Below, one piece after another: positions 28,335 through 36,962 of a DNA stretch of 64,000 nt. The DNA lies in the NCBI GenBank assembly GCA_964645605.1, contig CAZYCE010000001.1:64063-128062 (forward strand). Direction: 5' to 3'. Every line of letters begins with the position of its first letter. Position 1 is the first letter of the stretch. This stretch comes from an uncultured Gammaproteobacteria bacterium. Its GTDB lineage: Bacteria > Patescibacteriota > Microgenomatia > UBA8517. The notes under the pieces were generated by a model that was not told the origin of the DNA, did not search any database, and worked only from the letters and a program-made list of their open reading frames with translations. The translations under genes were made by a program, and so were the position numbers.

Positions 28335-30920
28335 TTAATGATTATATAACTCTGTTGCCACAGTTAAGGCCCCCGGTCTACCGTCGATTGGGTAAGGCAG
28401 GGGACATTTTGTGTAATCCCAGCAATAGATGATATTCATCTTAAGGTGGCTGTAGTCTATCCAGTTTACGGTATAATTATGGTCAATGCCCTCCGGCGGA
28501 GGGCAGGGACCAGAGTAAATTGAGTTAGTATCAGAACAATTACTGTTACCAGGCCCATTGTACCGCATAAGCGCTGTAATAAGCTCATTCCAAGAGTCAA
28601 TGGTACCTCCAACGGCACCCGCAAGCTGCCATCCTGCCGTTTCCGCCGATTCCAAAAGACAACCCTGTATTGGACCTCCGTTCTGAAGAGACTGGTTGGG
28701 GTTATTGCTTCCTTCGCGAAAATGGATTCCGGCCAAGACTTCGCAGGGAACACCGGTTCTTCTCTCAGCCTCTTTATAAACAGCTAAAAGATCGGAAGAA
28801 AGATAGGGAAAAATATATGTTTCAAAATAATTTTTACCCGATGCGGTTGTTTTTGGCGGCGGATTATATTTACTAAACACGCTTCCGTCGCACGTTCCGG
28901 GTGGAACTTCTTCATTAGAGCACTCCGTCGGTAGGCCTATTTCTGGAAGAGATGAAGAATTAGCAAAAGCGATAGGATCTCCATACCCTTTTGGCCTTAA
29001 GGCGGTTTGAATGCCCTTTAAAAAATACTCGGAAATTCCACCCAGGTGGGGAAGCTTTAAATCTGTATTGGCGCTTGATACGTCTATATTGGTTCCAGAA
29101 TAGGTAACGTTTATGGACCCGGGAATGTCCATTATTTGCCCGACGCTTCCTTCTGTGTTGGTTTTGGGAAAAATTCTTTTAAATATTGACATGGGGCCTG
29201 CCACCAAACGTGACCATATATTATCAACCAAAGGAATTTTGGTTTGTGTGGACATTCCGATATAAATATCTTTAGTACATTTTTGGATTTGAGAAACACA
29301 ATTATTGCCGCAAGTTGTTCCGGTTGGACAATCTTGTTGACCAAATGTGTTGGCACAAATCCAACCGGTTGGGGCACACCTTCCGCCAACAGCGTAACAA
29401 GCATTAGAAGTAGATGTGGCAGGAGATGCTTCGTATTCGCAGGTAAACTGGGCGGTATAACCTAAATTTCCTCTTATCTGACTGGCAAAAAGGTCGTCTC
29501 CGGGGTTTGAACGGACTTCTACCGAAGAGCAGGCTGAGCTTTTTGCCACTTGAGTAGGATCCCCCAATTTTCCTTCGCTCGTTGCAACAAAAGTGCTTTG
29601 GAGTAGACCACCAAGTTGATCTACCTCTCCCATGTGAGATAGGTATATTTTAGATGTTGATGAAGATTCAAAAGTTATGTCTTTAACAACGGTTCCGTTC
29701 GAGGAAGGAATTAAGGTCAAAGATTGATTGTCCATCTTAATTTCTCCCTCGACATCCTCCGTGGTGGAAAGAGGCACATAGGGAAAAAGATCCGAATACA
29801 TATTGGGAATTATTAAGTTCTCAACACATACAAGATGTTTCACTAAGGGGACAATTACACAAGTTTTACCGTGCCATTCATAATAAGCCTTGCGGTAAAG
29901 AAGTTCGCTGGCAAAAGGCTTCGCTGGCTCCCCTGGATCTGCTGTGCCATCATCCCATGGAAGTGGGGGGGTGGCCTTGTTCCATGCGGAAGATAAAGAT
30001 GTATCAATATTCCCTTGAATCATCTCCGTTACCATAGATTCGGGGAACAACTTAAGCAAACTTTCTAGGACAAATTTTATTCCGTCGGGGAAAGCGTTTG
30101 CTATAGATCTGGCCCAAGAGATCTTGTCGTCCCAGCCGTAAGCGTTACGATCAATTGATTCTGCTTTTAATCTAAAAATTTCGCCTTGCGTCTCAGCTCC
30201 ACCTCCTTTATAGCATTCAATTGGCTTAACGTATCCAACATTCAAGAGATTTCTGATTGGACCGCCGCGTGTGGCACAGGCAACAATTTGATTGTGATTT
30301 GTTTCTCTGGCATTTTCGATTGTCTTAATTCTTTGGGCGTTTAGAATGGCATCGGGCAGGAGTTTTTGCAGAGGTCCCGAAAGATTAACTGTACTATAGT
30401 CATCACTTTTTGAGCTGCCATATTCGGCTTGATTTATAACCCCATTTAAATACCAACTGGCATAGCTATTCATTTTTTCCTGATCACTAAGATTATCTGC
30501 CGCGTTTGTTGAATTCGTCACATCTTCGGTATTGCCCATAATTGGAAGTTCTGCACCGTTTAAATTAATACCAATAGGTTTATTAACCTCTACAGTGTAA
30601 TCACAATATATTTTGTTGCCGGTGGTTGTGCAGCTGTCGGTCTGGTCTCCCGGATATTGAACTTCGACAGTGTCTTTTATTGTTAGGTCGTTTCCGCAAA
30701 AGGTAGCCGTGTTTGTATCATATGTTACGCAAGGTCTTGCCCTGTATGGTCTTAAAGAGTTAAATTCAGGATTTATTACCTCGTTACAGCTGACTATAGC
30801 TGGTAGAGGAGTTTGTGCGCAGATATTCCTTGGGGATATGAGATTATAACCAAGAACCGAAAATACGAATAAACAAGAAATAAGTAAAGTACTTTTTCTC
30901 GGACAGTGCATAATAATCAC
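28335..30920 (-). CDS. Large secreted Cys-rich protein with a C-terminal lysozyme/lytic-transglycosylase-like domain (VirB1-like)
   Basis: Signal peptide; Cys-rich module CYAVGGRC...DCPTGTTC; YKEAERRTGVPCEVLAGIHFREGS...ALMRYNG resembles an SLT catalytic-Glu helix and the AxxxYN motif. Confidence 0.65.
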   Translation of the reverse strand: MIIMHCPRKSTLLISCLFVFSVLGYNLISPRNICAQTPLPAIVSCNEVINPEFNSLRPYRARPCVTYDTNTATFCGNDLTIKDTVEVQYPGDQTDSCTTTGNKIYCDYTVEVNKPIGINLNGAELPIMGNTEDVTNSTNAADNLSDQEKMNSYASWYLNGVINQAEYGSSKSDDYSTVNLSGPLQKLLPDAILNAQRIKTIENARETNHNQIVACATRGGPIRNLLNVGYVKPIECYKGGGAETQGEIFRLKAESIDRNAYGWDDKISWARSIANAFPDGIKFVLESLLKLFPESMVTEMIQGNIDTSLSSAWNKATPPLPWDDGTADPGEPAKPFASELLYRKAYYEWHGKTCVIVPLVKHLVCVENLIIPNMYSDLFPYVPLSTTEDVEGEIKMDNQSLTLIPSSNGTVVKDITFESSSTSKIYLSHMGEVDQLGGLLQSTFVATSEGKLGDPTQVAKSSACSSVEVRSNPGDDLFASQIRGNLGYTAQFTCEYEASPATSTSNACYAVGGRCAPTGWICANTFGQQDCPTGTTCGNNCVSQIQKCTKDIYIGMSTQTKIPLVDNIWSRLVAGPMSIFKRIFPKTNTEGSVGQIMDIPGSINVTYSGTNIDVSSANTDLKLPHLGGISEYFLKGIQTALRPKGYGDPIAFANSSSLPEIGLPTECSNEEVPPGTCDGSVFSKYNPPPKTTASGKNYFETYIFPYLSSDLLAVYKEAERRTGVPCEVLAGIHFREGSNNPNQSLQNGGPIQGCLLESAETAGWQLAGAVGGTIDSWNELITALMRYNGPGNSNCSDTNSIYSGPCPPPEGIDHNYTVNWIDYSHLKMNIIYCWDYTKCPLPYPIDGRPGALTVATELYNH

Positions 30921-30937
30921 ATTATATCAGCTTGGAC

Positions 30938-31222
30938 TTATGGAGAAATCATTAGATTAAACTGTGTGACATCAACACCTGTAATGTTACTTATAATTAC
31001 AAGGATTATATAAGAAACCAAAATTACAATAAGGCCTATTACCGCGGAAGTAATTGTTTTTTTTGCTCCCTCTGCCGCTTTTGGATCGCCACCCGAAGTG
31101 ATAAACCCGAAACCTCCTATTAAAAGAAGGATGAAGAAAACTATTCCGGCAAGTCCTAATGCATAACCAATCACTCTTTGTAGGATACCGCCCAAATCAG
31201 ATATTTTTGCTACATCATCCAC
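30938..31222 (-). CDS. VirB2/TrbC-like pilin 8
   Basis: GGFGFITSGGDPKAAEGAKKTITSAVIGL hairpin motif. Confidence 0.85.
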   Translation of the reverse strand: MDDVAKISDLGGILQRVIGYALGLAGIVFFILLLIGGFGFITSGGDPKAAEGAKKTITSAVIGLIVILVSYIILVIISNITGVDVTQFNLMISP

Positions 31223-31260
31223 GAAAACATTCTAACCTAAACAATTATTTTGAGCAATTA

Positions 31261-31602
31261 TCAAAGATTAATAGTCGGGATCGCGAGGTTGAAGATGTCT
31301 ACGTGGAAGATAGTGTTTATAAGGGCAACTATGGCCCAAGCCGCAAAGACTATAACAAGGCCAACCAAAGCCGCCGTAATCTGATTCCTAGCAGCCTCTG
31401 TTTTGGCCTTATCACCGCCGGAGGCGATCCAGCGAATCCCACCGATAACCAAAATAAAGAAAAATATTATAGCGGCAACAATCACAACAAGCCTTATCCC
31501 TACAGAGATAATGCTTGGAATAGTTAAATTGCCCAATGCGCTAAACTGAGAATCGGAAGACGGTTGAAGGTTGATAGTGTCCTCCGCAAGTAATTTCAAC
31601 AT
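31261..31602 (-). CDS. VirB2/TrbC-like pilin 7
   Basis: GGIRWIASGGDKAKTEAARNQITAALVGL. Confidence 0.85.
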   Translation of the reverse strand: MLKLLAEDTINLQPSSDSQFSALGNLTIPSIISVGIRLVVIVAAIIFFFILVIGGIRWIASGGDKAKTEAARNQITAALVGLVIVFAAWAIVALINTIFHVDIFNLAIPTINL

Positions 31603-31623
31603 ATTTATATTATATACGTATTA

Positions 31624-31983
31624 TTAAATAATTAGCTTACCGATGTCAATACTCAGAATGGAAACGTGGAAAATGTCTTGTATAAGTCCGATTATTGCAA
31701 AAACAGCAAAGAGAATAACAAGACCCACCAACGCGCTGGTAATCCTACTCCTTGCTTTTCCGACTGCCTCTTTATCTCCTCCTGAGGAAATCCACTGAAT
31801 TGCCCCCACCACTAAGTTGAAAAAGAAAACAATCGCACCGACTATCAAAATCAAGGTAACTGCCATCGGAAGAAATTTCTGAAGGAAGCCAATAGAGTTG
31901 GGGTCTTGTCCCAAGGTTGACGGAAGCACGGGGTTTACAATTGAACCCTGAGCCAAATTTTGAGCGATTAAATTATTTAACAT
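31624..31983 (-). CDS. VirB2/TrbC-like pilin 6
   Basis: GAIQWISSGGDKEAVGKARSRITSALVGL. Confidence 0.85.
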   Translation of the reverse strand: MLNNLIAQNLAQGSIVNPVLPSTLGQDPNSIGFLQKFLPMAVTLILIVGAIVFFFNLVVGAIQWISSGGDKEAVGKARSRITSALVGLVILFAVFAIIGLIQDIFHVSILSIDIGKLII

Positions 31984-32357
31984 TATTGGCTGTTCGTGAT
32001 TACCCCGAAAAGTGCACCGATATTAAGAATATTTGGAATCCCGATAATTTTGCCTATTAAGTTGATTATAACCAGGGCCAAAATTACAACAATCAAACCG
32101 ATGGCCCCCGTTGTGATTTTTTTCCTGGCGCTTTCCAAGGCTTGCTTATCTCCTCCGGAACCAATGATACTTATCGCCCCGGTTATAAAAGTGAACACAA
32201 ACCAAATAATTGCAACAATTGTCATAACTCCGATTGCCATAGAAATTATTGAAGAAAGTTTTGAGACACCTTGCCCTTCTTCCGTTATGTTGCCAAGCGG
32301 ACCAAGACCTTTAAAGCCTCCCTCGGGTGCAATTGAAATGTCGGTTAGTAATCTCAT
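31983..32357 (-). CDS. VirB2/TrbC-like pilin 5
   Basis: GAISIIGSGGDKQALESARKKITTGAIGL. Confidence 0.85.
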   Translation of the reverse strand: MRLLTDISIAPEGGFKGLGPLGNITEEGQGVSKLSSIISMAIGVMTIVAIIWFVFTFITGAISIIGSGGDKQALESARKKITTGAIGLIVVILALVIINLIGKIIGIPNILNIGALFGVITNSQ

Positions 32358-32370
32358 GCTTTCAATTTCA

Positions 32371-32883
32371 TTATAAAGTCGGAATCGTCGGGTTGAGTAT
32401 AAAGTCCCACCTTCCGAATATCAACTGTCCGAAAATAGCTGCTAGAACAAATGCCGCCGCTGCAACCACAAGCCCGAGAGCCGTTTGCCAAATTTTGGCC
32501 CACGCACCGGCAACCTTTTTAGGGTCGTCTCCGGCAGAAAGAAAGGCATACCCGGCAAGAATAAAATTGAAAAGGGCATAGATGCCCGCCCCAATAATTA
32601 AAACCCAGATTATTCTTTGAATTAAATTCCCTATCCCAGTTCCCGGGTCTCCCGAAACTGCCACAGGGGGATTAATAGTTCCGAAAGGGTTATTGTTGGG
32701 CGCCGCATTCGAACCCGGTTTACAACAGTGTGCCACACAACGTTCCCCCATGCCGCACTCGGTATCAAGGGTGCATTCAGGAGGATCACACGCAGCAATT
32801 ACACTATTGACATGTAATATCAAACCGATAAAAACCCCTAAGGAAATGTAGAATATTTTCCTAATTTGCATTTTTTTAGACAA
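32371..32883 (-). CDS. VirB2/TrbC-like pilin 4 with a Cys-rich N-terminal module
   Basis: Signal peptide, CDPPECTLDTECGMGERCVAHCC, then AGYAFLSAGDDPKKVAGAWAKI. Confidence 0.85.
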   Translation of the reverse strand: MSKKMQIRKIFYISLGVFIGLILHVNSVIAACDPPECTLDTECGMGERCVAHCCKPGSNAAPNNNPFGTINPPVAVSGDPGTGIGNLIQRIIWVLIIGAGIYALFNFILAGYAFLSAGDDPKKVAGAWAKIWQTALGLVVAAAAFVLAAIFGQLIFGRWDFILNPTIPTL

Positions 32884-33196
32884 CCCCAGGAATCCCCAGC
32901 AATTGTCCTATTAATTTTACTATCCAATAGGATGCAAATACAATAACAAAACCAACTACGGCTGATGTAATGGTTTTTTTGGACTTCTCTGCACTTTGAG
33001 GATCGTTTTTGCCGGCCGAACTAATGAGTCCAATTCCTCCCAGAATAAAAAAGAAAAGAAGGGTAATTCCTGCAAGGACAAAGGCGGCATTTAAGAAAAC
33101 TGAAACAATACTGCTTATTCCGGTGGGGCTTTGTAAAGCGCCGGGTCCCGAATTGCCAAAAAAAGCTTCGCCTATAGAAAAAGCAAGTTCATTCAC
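32876..33196 (-). CDS. VirB2/TrbC-like pilin 3
   Basis: GGIGLISSAGKNDPQSAEKSKKTITSAVVGF. Confidence 0.85.
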   Translation of the reverse strand: MNELAFSIGEAFFGNSGPGALQSPTGISSIVSVFLNAAFVLAGITLLFFFILGGIGLISSAGKNDPQSAEKSKKTITSAVVGFVIVFASYWIVKLIGQLLGIPGVV

Positions 33197-33242
33197 AACA
33201 CCATTTTAGTATAGAGTTTTACTTAAGACAAGTGAGTGGATT

Positions 33243-33575
33243 TTATTTTACACCGAAGATTTGACCAAAAAGTGTGGATTCGAGGCCAAAAAGCTGTCCG
33301 AATAGCTGGACAATTGTGAAAGCCACTATTACGATAACAAATCCTATTACCGCATTAGTAATTTTTGCTTGTGCTGCCTGAGCAGCTTTAGGATCCCCTC
33401 TGGAAAGCATAAATTGGAAACCTCCAATAATGAGGTAAATTAAAAGAGCGATTCCGGCAGCACCGAAAATATAGGGCAATACAGTTCCGATTATTTCCCC
33501 AAGAGTAGTATTTGTTCCAAAATTTGCATTTGGGAATGCTCCTTTTTGTATGGATTCAAGATTTTGCGCAAGCAT
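33243..33575 (-). CDS. VirB2/TrbC-like pilin 2
   Basis: GGFQFMLSRGDPKAAQAAQAKITNAVIGF. Confidence 0.85.
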   Translation of the reverse strand: MLAQNLESIQKGAFPNANFGTNTTLGEIIGTVLPYIFGAAGIALLIYLIIGGFQFMLSRGDPKAAQAAQAKITNAVIGFVIVIVAFTIVQLFGQLFGLESTLFGQIFGVK

Positions 33576-33577
33576 TT

Positions 33578-34360
33578 TTATTTATTGAAACCAAATTGGT
33601 CTAATCCAAGTATATCAACTCCGATAAAGTTAAGTATAAATATTGAGAATATAAGAAGTATTAACCCTGCAATCGCTGATGTTAAGAGTTCTTGTCCGGC
33701 CTTCATTCGTTCCGGATTGCCGGATGCCGTCATAATCATAAATCCTGCATAAAGCATCAAAGCGAATGCAATACCACTCCCGATACCGACGGCCCACTTG
33801 AGAAGTGCGCCTAAAAAATCATTTGTGGAGCCAAAAACAGGGAAACAGCCAATTGCAGTTTTTATTCCTTGTCCGGAAGTGCCACATGTAATATCGAGTT
33901 TATTTTTTAAATCTACACAAATACCCTCGTCGTTTAGCGAGGAACCGGCACAACAAGTTTGACCAGGACCTGGCTTACCTTTCGATACACAGTTGTGATA
34001 TGGGTCAGTGCCATTCTTTATACACATCAGACCTGATCCGTAATTAAACTCAAAAGTTCCGGTACAACACGGTTTACTTGATGTTGGAACACCACCCTCT
34101 TTTGTGCATCCTCCGGAATTTGATTCTATGCAGTCACAAGTTACAGAAAGATCATAAAGAGAACTACCAGACACGTGACATACGGGTGTAAAGTCTTCGG
34201 AAGGGCAATTGTCAGAGATAACTATTGGATCCGGGTTGGTAAAGCTTCGAATAGTACAAACACATTCAGGGTCCTCGGCAAGTATGGGTTTCGGAGTTAA
34301 GAACAAAAAACTAAAAACAAAAGCACAAACAATAGAAACGGCCTGCAAATATTTTCTCAT
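33578..34360 (-). CDS. VirB2/TrbC-like pilin 1 with a large Cys-rich N-terminal domain
   Basis: Likely start MRKYLQ (34360); signal peptide; many Cys; AGFMIMTASGNPERMKAGQELLTSAIAGL. Confidence 0.85.
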   Translation of the reverse strand: MRKYLQAVSIVCAFVFSFLFLTPKPILAEDPECVCTIRSFTNPDPIVISDNCPSEDFTPVCHVSGSSLYDLSVTCDCIESNSGGCTKEGGVPTSSKPCCTGTFEFNYGSGLMCIKNGTDPYHNCVSKGKPGPGQTCCAGSSLNDEGICVDLKNKLDITCGTSGQGIKTAIGCFPVFGSTNDFLGALLKWAVGIGSGIAFALMLYAGFMIMTASGNPERMKAGQELLTSAIAGLILLIFSIFILNFIGVDILGLDQFGFNK

Positions 34361-34416
34361 TCCATTTATTCTAAAACAAAAGGGGTAAAAGTAAAAGAAC
34401 AGTGCTGGTATAATAA

Positions 34417-36102
34417 ATGGCAATGGTCATAAAATTCAATATTTGCCAATTCGGCCTGCGGCTTAGTCTTTCGATGGTTCTTCTGGCTATCGTGTTTTCT
34501 TTTTTAACCTTCACTACGATCAACGCGCAAGATTGCGGAACGGATCTTGATTGTCAGATAGCCCAAATTCAAAGGGATATTGATGCACTTTCTCCGGCTC
34601 AAGAAAAAAACAAACAGGATTTGGCGTCTCTTAACAAGCAAATAGCCGATTTGAATTTTAAAATTGCAAAACTTTCCTCACAACTTAAAACCCTTGAAGA
34701 CCAGATTTCTGCCCGAGAAGAAGACTTATCCTACACAAGGGCAATATTTGAAGAAAAAGCCAGTAGTCACTATACGTTTTTACGACTTTACGATCCGATT
34801 ACTCCGTTTATTTTTTCGGATAGTGCTTCTCAGGCATTCCAGGAGATTATTCTGAGACAAAAAGCGGCTGATGCCGACAGAAATACAATGGAGAAGTACG
34901 CTTCTGATTTGATATCACTTAACGAAGATAAAGTAAATCTAGTTAAAAACAAAGCAAGTATTTCGTCTTTGCAGTCTCAGCTTGCGGAAAAACAGAAATT
35001 TTTAGTGGCAGAAGTGGCAAAAGTAGATACATATCTTTCCTCACTTTCCGCAAAGCAACAAGAACTTTTAGCTGCCAAAAGCGGCAATTTTATCGCAAGT
35101 GTAGGTGACAGCGAGCTTGCAGATGATTATAAGGCTTCAATAAAAGGATTCAGAGAAGCTGCTCCGTCCGGCTCATTCGCTGTTTTTTCTTTTGGTGCCT
35201 ATACCCACAGGAAAGGAATGAGTCAATATGGTGCAAGAGGCAGGGCTCAAAACGGAAAAAAATATGAAGAGATACTAAAGGCATATTACGGAAAGGAAAC
35301 CGTGAAAAAGGATACTGGTGGAACGATTAGTGTTGCAGGATTGGGAAATGTAAATTTTGAAGATTACTATTTGATGGGTATTGCGGAGATGCCGTCAAGC
35401 TGGCACCCGGAAGCATTAAAAGCTCAGGCTGTGGCCGCCCGAACATATGCTTATAGATATAAAATAGCGGGCACACAAATTTGTACAACGGAGGCTTGTC
35501 AGGTATTTAGAAAATCGAAAGCGGACAACCCCCCAGCCGAATGGAAAAAGGCCGTAGAAGATACCCGCGGCCAAGTTTTAGAAGATGTTGTGACATATTA
35601 CTCATCGACGTCGGGTGGGTATTTGACCACTTCAGGTTGGGATACAACCGATGGGGGTGGAGGTGCAAATTTCTTTGACAAAAGTTATGAAAAAATCGGG
35701 GGTTCGCCTTGGGCATATAAGGCCTGGTACAGGCAAGGCTATACTGCGAGCGGAGCAACCTGTGGACAAGATGACCCATGGCTTAATAATGAAGAGTTTA
35801 CTGACATTGTAAACGCAGCGATTGTTCTTAAAAATGGTTCCGACGACAGGGTAACTTCCACATCTACTTCGTGTTGGGGTGGCAATCCATATAGCTATGC
35901 AGAGCTTAGGTCAAAAGGCGGAGTTGGTACAGTAACTAGCGTCTCGGTAATTCAGGGGAATGGTACAACCAATGAAGTTGTAATTAATGGTTCAATTCAC
36001 TTAACAGGGGCGGAATTCAAACAAGCATTTAATTTAAGAGCTCCAGGCTACATTATGATTCCTCAAAAAGGCTTCGCGTTTTTTAATATCGAGAAGAAAT
36101 AG
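34417..36102 (+). CDS. SpoIID/LytB-domain lytic transglycosylase with an N-terminal coiled coil
   Basis: HRKGMSQYGA, ILKAYY, YLMGIAEMPSSWHPEALKAQAVAARTYA, CTTEACQVF, YYSSTSGG. Confidence 0.88.
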   Translation: MAMVIKFNICQFGLRLSLSMVLLAIVFSFLTFTTINAQDCGTDLDCQIAQIQRDIDALSPAQEKNKQDLASLNKQIADLNFKIAKLSSQLKTLEDQISAREEDLSYTRAIFEEKASSHYTFLRLYDPITPFIFSDSASQAFQEIILRQKAADADRNTMEKYASDLISLNEDKVNLVKNKASISSLQSQLAEKQKFLVAEVAKVDTYLSSLSAKQQELLAAKSGNFIASVGDSELADDYKASIKGFREAAPSGSFAVFSFGAYTHRKGMSQYGARGRAQNGKKYEEILKAYYGKETVKKDTGGTISVAGLGNVNFEDYYLMGIAEMPSSWHPEALKAQAVAARTYAYRYKIAGTQICTTEACQVFRKSKADNPPAEWKKAVEDTRGQVLEDVVTYYSSTSGGYLTTSGWDTTDGGGGANFFDKSYEKIGGSPWAYKAWYRQGYTASGATCGQDDPWLNNEEFTDIVNAAIVLKNGSDDRVTSTSTSCWGGNPYSYAELRSKGGVGTVTSVSVIQGNGTTNEVVINGSIHLTGAEFKQAFNLRAPGYIMIPQKGFAFFNIEKK

Positions 36103-36117
36103 TATAATTAGTTTAGG

Positions 36118-36729
36118 ATGCCGGATGTATTTGTTTCATCAAAGCACAACAATCAAAACTCCAAGAAGAGAATCAAAGGCTTTTCCGAAAGCGAAAGAAG
36201 GGGGCTTTTTTCTGCTTTTAACCCTTACCCTCAAAATATAAATTTTGAAACAAGAGAAAGCGATGAAAAAATAGTTTTAATGCTTCGACAGCACCCAATA
36301 CTGAACGTCAAATGGATTTTTATAGGGATAATTCTTTTCCTTTTACCGTTTTTTATTGGCAAAACCGGAATCTTAGATCTTCTTCCCAAGGGATACCCGT
36401 TAGTTGTTGTTATGACATGGTATTTGGTCTCTTTTGCATACGTCATTGAGGGGTTTTTCAAGTGGTATTTTAACGTGTTTTTTATAACCACAAGGAGAGT
36501 TATAGATGTAGACTTTTTTAATTTAATTGACAGGAGGGTATCCGATGCCGAAATAGAAAAAATTCAGGATGTTACCTATTCGACAGGTGGAGCCATCGGG
36601 ACAACCTTGAATTACGGAGACGTTTTGATTCAAACAGCTAGCGAAATCCAGCAAATTAGCTTTGAGAAGGTTCCCAATCCCGAAAAAGTTGCCGATATAT
36701 TGGATGATTTAAGAATTGCTGCTCATTAG
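36118..36729 (+). CDS. Bacterial PH (bPH) domain membrane protein
   Basis: EKIVLMLRQHP, 2 TMs, FFITTRRVID, IQDV, LNYGDVLIQTA, VPNPEKV. Confidence 0.8.
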   Translation: MPDVFVSSKHNNQNSKKRIKGFSESERRGLFSAFNPYPQNINFETRESDEKIVLMLRQHPILNVKWIFIGIILFLLPFFIGKTGILDLLPKGYPLVVVMTWYLVSFAYVIEGFFKWYFNVFFITTRRVIDVDFFNLIDRRVSDAEIEKIQDVTYSTGGAIGTTLNYGDVLIQTASEIQQISFEKVPNPEKVADILDDLRIAAH

Positions 36730-36739
36730 ATTTTGAAAG

Positions 36740-36961
36740 ATGGAAACTATAATAACCGATTTTAATATTTGGATAATAGTCAAGATTTTGCTAGCCATCG
36801 TCTTGGGGATGTATGTATTTTTTGCTTTTGTAATCACAAGACAGGTAAGAGTCATGACAAATACCTTGACTTTGGGTTTTGAATCAGTGGCTAAATTCTT
36901 GGCATTTATACATTTGTTGTTTGCAATTTTCGTTTTTATAACGGCAATAACAGTTCTTTAG
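36740..36961 (+). CDS. Small two-TM protein (DUF5657-like)
   Basis: YVFFAFVITRQVRVMTNTL motif. Confidence 0.7.
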   Translation: METIITDFNIWIIVKILLAIVLGMYVFFAFVITRQVRVMTNTLTLGFESVAKFLAFIHLLFAIFVFITAITVL

Positions 36962-36962
36962 G

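Noticed and set aside
15646-34360. Integrative conjugative element
   Set aside because: No integrase, relaxase, coupling protein or att repeats in the window, and the locus is embedded among core genes.
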